From the NCBI GenBank assembly GCA_051382305.1, contig JBBCAV010000151.1:1-58689 (forward strand): a stretch of DNA of 58,689 bases. The letters run 5' to 3'. Below, piece after piece: positions 45,710 to 53,460 of the stretch (position 1 is its first letter; each line of letters opens with the position of its first letter). The notes below the pieces were generated by a model, which was not told the DNA's origin, made no database searches, and saw only the letters and a list, made by a program, of their open reading frames with translations. This stretch comes from Bdellovibrionota bacterium FG-2 (GTDB taxonomy: Bacteria; Bdellovibrionota; UBA1018). Made by a program: the position numbers and the translations under genes.

Positions 45710-46551
45710 GAAAAAAACACCCCGAACACGTCAATCTTGAGCGATGGTTGGTTTCTTATGCGGATTTTATCACGTTGCTCTTCGCGTTTTTCGTCATCAT
45801 GTATGCGATCTCTCAAGCGGATATTGCAAAATTTAAACAGGTTTCAGCAAGTATCGCGCAAGCCTTCAATGCGCCGGCCCCTTTTGGGCAGCTGGATTTG
45901 ACGGGAAACACTGGGGGCGGGAGTGTGAACCAGTTTGATTCGGATCAGACGCAAGCCGGACGCATTATAAATATGCCAGCTGGGAAGACTCATACGGCCT
46001 CGGATCCGGATCCTGAGACTCAAGAACTAAGAGAACTCATGGAAGAGACAATCAGTCTGGAACTTGGCGTCTCGGATCTCTCTGAGAAACTCAATATGCA
46101 GTACGACAGCAAGGGGATGCTGTTACGACTAGCGGCGAAGGATTTTTTTGATCAAGGTTCTGTTGAGGTGCGACTCGATATGCGTCCGATCTTGGACCGG
46201 ATTGGAAAAATTCTTTCGCGCACTGATCGCCATGTTCGTATTGAGGGGCATACGGATCCCTCCGAAGATTCGCTCGCGAAGAAACAAGGATTTTCCAGTG
46301 ATTGGGAGCTTTCTGCGGCGCGTGCGGCATGGGTCGTTAAGTACTGGATGCAGCGCTTTGAGATGGATCCAAAACGCCTTTCGGCCTCTGGAATGTCGCA
46401 TTATCGGCCTCTGGCGAAGCGAAAAGAAAGTGACGCTGGAAATAAGGAAGAAAACAAAGAAGAAGCGCCCACTGAGGACGATAATCAATGGATTCGTGCA
46501 AAAAACCGCAGAGTTGAGATCATTATCTTGAATAGTCGCTATAATAACTAG
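45706..46551 (+). CDS. motB: Flagellar stator MotB
   Basis: ERWLVSYADFITLLFAFF, IEGHTD, WELSAARA, KNRRVEI. Confidence 0.95.
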   Translation: MRKKHPEHVNLERWLVSYADFITLLFAFFVIMYAISQADIAKFKQVSASIAQAFNAPAPFGQLDLTGNTGGGSVNQFDSDQTQAGRIINMPAGKTHTASDPDPETQELRELMEETISLELGVSDLSEKLNMQYDSKGMLLRLAAKDFFDQGSVEVRLDMRPILDRIGKILSRTDRHVRIEGHTDPSEDSLAKKQGFSSDWELSAARAAWVVKYWMQRFEMDPKRLSASGMSHYRPLAKRKESDAGNKEENKEEAPTEDDNQWIRAKNRRVEIIILNSRYNN

Positions 46552-46563
46552 ACTTCTTTTTTT

Positions 46564-46590
46564 TAAGTTTTCTAGCCGCTCGACCGAAGG
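46564..46590 (+). promoter_or_regulatory. Putative sigma28/FliA-like promoter TAAG-N15-ACCGAAGG
   Basis: Resembles TAAA-N15-GCCGATAA with exact spacing; followed by SD AAGGAG and ATG at 46623. Confidence 0.4.
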
Positions 46591-46622
46591 ACTCCTGAGC
46601 AGTTTATGAAAGGAGTTTTTTT

Positions 46623-47570
46623 ATGGCGTACCCTCTCTTGGTGTTTTTTGCCTTAGTTCTGGCATTTTTTCCTTATCCACAATCAGATTCTTATGCGGCC
46701 GGTAAAAAGAAACCGACGCCCGAGTCATGCAATACGAATCCGGGGCCAACGACTCCGACGCCTACGCGACGCGCGATTTTGCTTCCGTTTCAAACCAAAG
46801 CATTTCAGCTGCCAAATGGGTCGCAGGTGAACCTTAGCGCTGACCTTGATACAGTGTTCTCCACCGCTGTGACGGTTGGGCAGGCTTTTTCTCCCACCGA
46901 TCCATCGGATAATGACGCCTGCGATATGCATATTGAGCTCAGAGCAGCGATTAGCACGCTTGAACTCAATGCCTTCGAAGCGGGCGTTACGTTTGGCTAC
47001 GCACCGGCTGGAGCGTCCAATCCCGTTTCGAACATTACGGGCAAGACCACAGTGAAGGTGGGGACCATCGCCATGGATTTTAGTGTCCGGCAATGTGTGG
47101 GGAGCCGATGCTCGGCTATTGCTGCGGTTTCCGCCAACCATTTGACTGCCGGAGTGGATGTTAAATTCGATATCGATTTTAATGAAGTGAAAACGAGTAC
47201 GAATCTTATCTACAATACTCCTTTGGGAGGAATTTTGCGCAAGATCATGAACGACGGCGTGAAACGTCTCTCTGCGGATCCGGCGGTGGCGAATCTCAAT
47301 TGGAAAGCTACGGTGAAGGAGTCTGTTCCTGAGGCCGGGATGTTCATCTTTGATGCGGGAACGCAGTCACGCATTTTTCCTAATCAAAGCTTTGTGGTTT
47401 ATGCCGTCACTCCTGCGACGGGGATTTGTAGCCTTTTCCATGTCGTAGGCTATGCCCATACGACGCAAGTCGATCCGGTCTCCAGTGTGGCGTTTGTCGA
47501 TCAGATTTTGGATCCCAGAGGAGTTCAGCCGGGTGATATCGTGATGGTCCGGGTAGTGAGTTCGCAGTAG
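46623..47570 (+). CDS. Exported CsgG/FlgT-like protein
   Basis: Signal peptide; alpha/beta N-part; C-terminal W.ATV......FIFDAG.......F.VY...VG......V....S.A.......VQPGDIV resembling the FlgT C-terminal beta domain. Confidence 0.6.
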   Translation: MAYPLLVFFALVLAFFPYPQSDSYAAGKKKPTPESCNTNPGPTTPTPTRRAILLPFQTKAFQLPNGSQVNLSADLDTVFSTAVTVGQAFSPTDPSDNDACDMHIELRAAISTLELNAFEAGVTFGYAPAGASNPVSNITGKTTVKVGTIAMDFSVRQCVGSRCSAIAAVSANHLTAGVDVKFDIDFNEVKTSTNLIYNTPLGGILRKIMNDGVKRLSADPAVANLNWKATVKESVPEAGMFIFDAGTQSRIFPNQSFVVYAVTPATGICSLFHVVGYAHTTQVDPVSSVAFVDQILDPRGVQPGDIVMVRVVSSQ

Positions 47571-47645
47571 GGTACTTGATTTCTAGGTTTCTCAAGCTGA
47601 GAAGTCTGTTTCGCTAGATGTGCCAGTACACGGAGGTTTTTGGTT

Positions 47646-49958
47646 GTGACACTCATAACAAGATCTAAATATTTCCTGTTTTTTTGTGCGGCGGTGTTTT
47701 CAATACAGGCGTGGGGTGCTGCAAAACATCCCACGCCTGTTTCTCCTAATGATGCCGCATTTGCGGATGGTAAGCGAGTCGTGAGCATTGATCCCATTAC
47801 GACCTTGGCCCTCGAAATGCCTGATGGGAGTCGTCTGGATTTCGGGGGGCGGCTTCGCCGGGCCCTTGAAGTTCGGCTCACGCAAAGTGGACATTTTGTG
47901 GTGTTTAATCCTGATCGAAGCACGCCGGAAGGCGCATCTGGCGTCGCTCCTGGCGTCGCGCGCTTCGGGCTTGAAGCGGCTCCCCGCGCGGAGGGATCGA
48001 AGGGAAAAGAAGACCAGTGGGTGGGAAGTGCCGTTCCCGCGGTCACGCTTCGTGTGGTTCCCCAGGCCTTGAGTTTTCAAACAGGCTTTAAAGGCGAGCG
48101 AATGTTTTATGGGTTTAACGAGCATTTTAAATCCCAATTCAATGACGGCAGCGGCATTTATAGAAACGAATTTCCTTTTCGCTCGGATCCCGTGAACCCG
48201 GGCTGGTTTGGGACCTCCTTTGAGAAAAAGGGGATCGCTCCTTTTGATTCTCGGGCAGGCCTTGATCTGGGCGATGGGTTTGGCATCGATGTTATGTTTG
48301 CATTTTTGAACATCAAATACGCAAGGTTTCACTCCGAGCTTCATTTTAATCTTGAGCTTGATGCAGAGCTTGCGGGCATTCGGGAGTCCCGGATTATTGG
48401 GGTGACCGGAGAGGGATATTATTATGATGTCGCCGGCGGATATGGTCAGTACAGTGGGGCCATCGAGTTTGCCAGGCGAGACGCGATGGAGCGGGCCATT
48501 CAAAAAGCGATTACGGCATCTCTTGCGGCCATTGAACGAGGCGTGTCTGCTTATCCCTTAACCGCCCAAGTCGACGTGATTGATAACGACGGGCATCTTT
48601 TCTTAGGCACCGGGCCCAATGCGGGGATACGCGCAGGCGTGATTTATCAGGTCATCGATCGACCTGATCTGCAAATTAGGGTTCTTCGAAGTGAATTCAT
48701 GGGCGCCGTGGGTGAGATTGCGCAGGGAGAATTAGCGCAGGTTCATGTCGGGGATATGTTGGTTCAAGTGGGGGGGGGGGGGGGGCCAGTCAGTGGCGTC
48801 TCAAGGGTTGCGGGTGTTTCCGAACGGCAAATTGTTGCAACTGAATCTTTAACGCTACCGGGGGAAGTCCTGGAAAAAGCACCGTTTCCAACGGATGGTT
48901 CGATTCCGATACCTTATGATTCGACGTGGACGGCGCGGCTCAAACAACTTGCGGGAACTCTTATTTTGCCCTATCGAATTTGGCGTTATTTTCAGTACGA
49001 CCAAGCTTACCATCCGGCGGGACAAGAAGGGCTGCAAGAAGGGCTGCAAGACGGGCAGGTCTCGGATGCGAGCCGAGCTTTGAATTTTCCGAGACTACTG
49101 CGTGCGGAGTCTTGGGCTCGTCGCTTGGGGCTTGGGGGTGGGGAAGTGAGTGCGCCTCGGCCCGCCTCAAAAACGGGCGTCATCGTTGCGGTGATTGATA
49201 GCGGAATCGACTACAATCATCCCGCGCTCGAGGGCCATGTCTGGGAGAATGGCCCGCAGGTGGGGTACGATTTTATTTCTGCGGATTCAAAGCCTTTTGA
49301 TGATGGTTATCATGGAACACAAGTCGCCAGTCTTATTGCAGGGGTTGCGCCCGATGCCCGGGTGATGGCATTGAAAATATTCAATCCATGGGGGATTACA
49401 AATTCTGCGTCGGTGCTTGCAGCGTTTGAATTTGCGTTGAATCATGGCGCGCAAATCATCGTGTGTGCCTGGGCAACCCATCGGGAGTCGCAGGCCTTGG
49501 AACTTGGAATTAAAAAGGCCCGTGATAAAGGGGTTGTGGTCGTCGCTTCTGCGGGCGACCGTGGGGGGGATCTCTCAAAACTCATGCTTTATCCCGCAAG
49601 TCTTGGTGCCCGCTACGAGAACGTGTTGAGTGTAACGGGGGTGGATGAAGGGGATCAGTTGATGGGATTGAAGGCCGCGGCAGGCGCGCGAAAATCGGGC
49701 TTTTCTAAAGAGATCATTCGGCTTGCAGCCCCTGCTTCTGGTGTGCGGGTTGCGGAGCCTAGAAACCAGATCACGCGTGCGAGTTCGTCGGATCTCGCAG
49801 CAGCCCTTGTGGCCGGAGCGTTGGCGTGTGGCTGGGAGACTGGAAGATTGGCTCGCGAGCAAGTAGAAGAGTTTTTGCGGGGCGCGGATCGGGTGGCGGG
49901 TTTGGAGGATTTTGTTTCGGGGGGGCTGAGGTTGCGGTTTCCGAAGACGTGTCGTTAG
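47646..49958 (+). CDS. CsgG/FlgT-like N-terminal module fused to an S8 subtilase-like domain (probably inactive)
   Basis: Signal peptide; N-half parallels the upstream gene; VAVIDSGIDYNHP and HGTQVASLI present, but SAGD and SSSDLAAALVAG replace AAGN and SGTSMAAPHVAG; SD GGAGG. Confidence 0.8.
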   Translation: MTLITRSKYFLFFCAAVFSIQAWGAAKHPTPVSPNDAAFADGKRVVSIDPITTLALEMPDGSRLDFGGRLRRALEVRLTQSGHFVVFNPDRSTPEGASGVAPGVARFGLEAAPRAEGSKGKEDQWVGSAVPAVTLRVVPQALSFQTGFKGERMFYGFNEHFKSQFNDGSGIYRNEFPFRSDPVNPGWFGTSFEKKGIAPFDSRAGLDLGDGFGIDVMFAFLNIKYARFHSELHFNLELDAELAGIRESRIIGVTGEGYYYDVAGGYGQYSGAIEFARRDAMERAIQKAITASLAAIERGVSAYPLTAQVDVIDNDGHLFLGTGPNAGIRAGVIYQVIDRPDLQIRVLRSEFMGAVGEIAQGELAQVHVGDMLVQVGGGGGPVSGVSRVAGVSERQIVATESLTLPGEVLEKAPFPTDGSIPIPYDSTWTARLKQLAGTLILPYRIWRYFQYDQAYHPAGQEGLQEGLQDGQVSDASRALNFPRLLRAESWARRLGLGGGEVSAPRPASKTGVIVAVIDSGIDYNHPALEGHVWENGPQVGYDFISADSKPFDDGYHGTQVASLIAGVAPDARVMALKIFNPWGITNSASVLAAFEFALNHGAQIIVCAWATHRESQALELGIKKARDKGVVVVASAGDRGGDLSKLMLYPASLGARYENVLSVTGVDEGDQLMGLKAAAGARKSGFSKEIIRLAAPASGVRVAEPRNQITRASSSDLAAALVAGALACGWETGRLAREQVEEFLRGADRVAGLEDFVSGGLRLRFPKTCR
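48770..48785 (+). repeat. G16 homopolymer, in frame
   Basis: GTG followed by GGG x5, encoding VGGGGG at the end of the N-terminal module. Confidence 0.9.
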
Positions 49959-49994
49959 TGTTGTGGAGCGTATGGAAAAGGGATTGTATCTTAA

Positions 49995-51227
49995 TTAAAA
50001 CAGCGCCAACTGCATGGGGAATATTCCAATCCGGTCGTTGAGGGCTTCAGAGATTTTTCCTTCGCGGGTTAAGATAAGAACTTTGGAGTGGTTGTAGTGT
50101 TTCAAGAAACTGTCTGCAGACCTCTTGTGCGAAGTCTGAATGTCATTGCGAGCGCGCACACTGATGATGCCGAGCACGCCGCTTGGCGTTCGAATCGCTA
50201 GGGGAACCTGGGCGCCGCCTCGAGTTCTGTAGTGGAAATACTCTGCCGGTTCTCCCAGACGGTAGTTGAATTGGGCGCGGGCGTTTCGGTAAATGAGTGT
50301 GATCCAGTCGTGTTCCTCTTCGGATTCTCCAGGAGATGAAAGTGAAACAAAGTGGCTTCGCTCACACTGGTCTTCGAACCAAAAGAGGTCCCCTTTGTAG
50401 TCCCCTTCCACAGGTATACGACGAATCAAAAACACGGATTCGAGCGCATGGAGGAGATGATGTTGGGTCGATTCAACAATTCGAAGATTTTTTCTCAGGG
50501 ATGTCGGGCGAAGGATTTGCAAGGGTGAGGCAGCAATGACTGCGCAGTACTCGTGAATGCGCTGAAAGGGCAAACTCGTTCGGTAAACAAGCCGCAGATC
50601 TCTATCCAGGATCGTCTCTGTGAGGTCGCGAAGAATACGGTCACGGGTGTTACGCTCGCGGATGTGAAACAAACCAGGAAGTCCGCCTTGGTCAAAGTAT
50701 TTGTAAATTGCTTTGGTTCGTCTGGCATGTTCTGAATGCCCTCTTTCCGCGCGGTCAACCAAGGACTCTAATCGCGCGGCTCGCATGAATTCTAAGAGGA
50801 ACTTGCTGTTGGCTTCTCCTTCGATTTCAGTCAAGACGAAAGGATGGAGCTCGAGATTCGAAATTCGCCCCGTCAATGATTCTCGGATTGCCTTCCGACT
50901 GGTGAATCTGACTGAGCCACTTAGAATAAATCGACCAGGGCTTTGGCTTGTTCCAATACGTACTTTCATGGCTGGAAAAACTCCAGGAACGAGCTGGCAC
51001 TCATCGATTGCCGATCGGTTTGCCTTCAATGCGGAAATAAAAGCCTTTGGAGACGCAAGGGCCGTTCGCAAAGAATCTTCATCATCCAGAGTAACGTATT
51101 CTTTGGCGACTTGTTGTAGAAACGTTGTTTTGCCCACTTGTCGGTGCCCTAAGATCCCGACGATTCTTGCATTTCGAATCAGCTTTTCAAAGGGTTCCAG
51201 AATGTGACGCGGACGCAGATGAGGCAT
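49995..51227 (-). CDS. AAA_14 / DUF4143 family ATPase
   Basis: GHRQVGKTT, YVTLDD, IDECQ, FILSGS, ESLTGR, GGLP; real start is the ATG at 51227. Confidence 0.88.
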   Translation of the reverse strand: MPHLRPRHILEPFEKLIRNARIVGILGHRQVGKTTFLQQVAKEYVTLDDEDSLRTALASPKAFISALKANRSAIDECQLVPGVFPAMKVRIGTSQSPGRFILSGSVRFTSRKAIRESLTGRISNLELHPFVLTEIEGEANSKFLLEFMRAARLESLVDRAERGHSEHARRTKAIYKYFDQGGLPGLFHIRERNTRDRILRDLTETILDRDLRLVYRTSLPFQRIHEYCAVIAASPLQILRPTSLRKNLRIVESTQHHLLHALESVFLIRRIPVEGDYKGDLFWFEDQCERSHFVSLSSPGESEEEHDWITLIYRNARAQFNYRLGEPAEYFHYRTRGGAQVPLAIRTPSGVLGIISVRARNDIQTSHKRSADSFLKHYNHSKVLILTREGKISEALNDRIGIFPMQLALF

Positions 51228-51234
51228 GATACCT

Positions 51235-51262
51235 ATTATAACAGAATATGCATGGGATGCAA
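51235..51262 (-). promoter_or_regulatory. Sigma70 promoter TTGCAT-16 nt-TATAAT with extended TG, 7 nt from the ATG
   Basis: Minus strand reads TGtTATAATaggtatcATG. Confidence 0.6.
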
Positions 51263-51454
51263 ATTCTACAATAATTAGGGTGAAACGACATTGAAGAGGA
51301 TTCCAGTTGCTGGGTTGATATGCAGAGGATGCTCCACGCGCCAAGTCCTTTGGCGGCTTTTCCGGTCTGCGGATCGCTCGACGCATTGGACAAGAGTTAT
51401 CTTCGCTGAACAAAAGTATTTGATCACAATCGAACGACGGGGTATCCAAGCGGT

Positions 51455-52090
51455 ATGACCTTCACAATTTTTGCCCTTTTGCAGATCCTTCTCATCGGCG
51501 ATTCACATACGGTGGGTACGTTTGGCAAATCATTGAACACCCTCCTTGCCACGTTGCCGAGCGCCAGAGTTCAGACTTATGGAAGCTGTGGTTCGTCTCC
51601 TTCGTGGTGGATCAAGGGCACTGCGACCTCTTGCGGATATTTTTCGGATATCGAGGGAAATCGACTTGAAACGCCCAGGCACGCCACCCCCATTTTATCT
51701 CAACTCCTGAAAAACCAATCCACGGATGTAGTGGTGATTGCGTTAGGCTCAAACCTCATGCCAGACACTTTGGAGCACGCCCGGCAAACCACGCAAGAAC
51801 TGCTGGGCATCGTCAGCAAGCACAAAGAGCATTATCCTCATGCCCTTTGTTTTTGGATTGCGCCTCCCAACGGCAGAAACAAGACGGAGCCAAAATTTGG
51901 CGACCTCTATGCAATGTTGCAAGAAGAAACTCAAGGTATTTGCCAACTTTTTGATAGCCGAATGGTCACGCACTATCCGGCAACCGGTGGCGATGGCGCG
52001 CACTTTGATTCTCTGGGCCCAGAGGGGCGGGAGATTGCGAAGCATTGGGCGCAAAGCGCGTTTGGTTTAATCAGAGCGCGGGTAGAGTGA
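51455..52090 (+). CDS. SGNH/GDSL hydrolase family protein
   Basis: LLIGDSH, ALGSN and DGAH blocks. Confidence 0.85.
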   Translation: MTFTIFALLQILLIGDSHTVGTFGKSLNTLLATLPSARVQTYGSCGSSPSWWIKGTATSCGYFSDIEGNRLETPRHATPILSQLLKNQSTDVVVIALGSNLMPDTLEHARQTTQELLGIVSKHKEHYPHALCFWIAPPNGRNKTEPKFGDLYAMLQEETQGICQLFDSRMVTHYPATGGDGAHFDSLGPEGREIAKHWAQSAFGLIRARVE

Positions 52091-52415
52091 AAGAGAGCTG
52101 TTTTAGGATCTGTTCGATCGCTTTTTGAGTTGAGTCTCTCGCGCCGAGATTAACAACTTGTTCGAATTCATCTTGTGTTTTGGCAACGCTCATTGAGCCA
52201 GTCGACATATCGATGGTTTTCAGCGTAAAGATCGATTTTACACAGAGGGCTTCACCATTTTTGAACTGGAGAACCAGGGATTCGACTGCGGCAAAAGTTT
52301 TGGCACTCGGAGGCGTGAGCTGGGTCCAATATTAATGACGGACATAATCTCTGAGTATATGCCAAAAATTATGGTAGCATCGAGGTGCTCACAAAACATC
52401 CCGAAGAAAGTGAAA

Positions 52416-53433
52416 ATGCGACCGCTATCTTCTTTTTTTTTGCAATGTTTCTACTCTGTGCCACCGGGTCGGAATCCTCCGCAATGGCCGAAGTCAAATT
52501 GCAAGCCGTTTACCACGAAGCTTCGAACGTCTTCGAAATCATGGACAACGTCTCAAATTGGTGGCCCGGATTTTGCGACGAGGAATATCAAAAATATTGG
52601 CAGAAGACTTTCGGCCTTTCGGAACAAGATAAGGTATTTTTCGAGGGATATAGAAAGATTCGTGAAAAGCATTACGCCGATCCTGATCAGGCTGAAAAGG
52701 ATCCCTTGAAAAATAGAAACGGACTTTGCGCGACGCTTGGCAGTGTCACTGCAGATCCCATTGCGGAGGCATTTTACTCTTCGGACTCTCTTGAGGCGGC
52801 TTACGAAAGGTGAGCCGGATACTCACCGCCGAAGAATTTGTCATTTTTAAGAACTTTTATCAGTTCTTTCAGCCGAGTTATTCCAAACTTCTTGAGCGGA
52901 TCGCAAAGTTCTACAAAGTCAGGGCCAAGATCGACTATCAAATTGTTTTTGTGTGGTGGCCCCCGATTGACCGCACAAACGCTTCTCCGACTGGGAAGTT
53001 TCTTGTGATGCGATATCATCCACAAAAACATATAAAAGACGCATTAGCAGATGGCGATGTCGTCTTTCATGAGGTTGTGCATACAATCTCGGCAAAGCAG
53101 GACTTGGAAAAGAAGCGCGAGCTGACAAAGGCTTTTCTAAATAAATGTCCGATTCAGGATAAGATGAAGCAAGGAAAAATCCTGGAGGAGCCGCTAGCTG
53201 TTGCCATAGGCCAGATTTACTACATGCGGCGCTTCGAACCGAAGAATTTTCGATATTCCTCGAGTTTATATAACGATCCCTGGATCAGCCTCTTTGGGCG
53301 GGTTCTGTATCCGCTTGTGGAGGAGGTGTTTAATCGCGAGAGGCCGATAGATAACGATTTTGTTTTGAGCGCTTCGAAATTATGCAATGAAGTGGTGGCT
53401 GTTACAATGAAACTGCAACCACCTGTAAAGTAG
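52416..53433 (+). pseudogene. Exported gluzincin-like metallopeptidase, split/frameshifted at about 52810 (and possibly at the T9 tract 52433-52441)
   Basis: ORFs 52385-52813 and 52810-53433 join with one extra A (GAA AAG GTG); FHEVVH...LEEPLA motif in the second part; signal-like sequence in the first. Confidence 0.6.
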
Positions 53434-53460
53434 ACGGCCCCGTTGCAAACTAGAGCGGCA

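Noticed and set aside
47700-48503. 267-aa minus-strand ORF
   Set aside because: Antisense to the CsgG-like/S8 gene
51228-51449. N-terminal extension of the AAA ATPase in the ORF track
   Set aside because: The family-typical start and a promoter sit at 51227-51262; the extension looks non-coding
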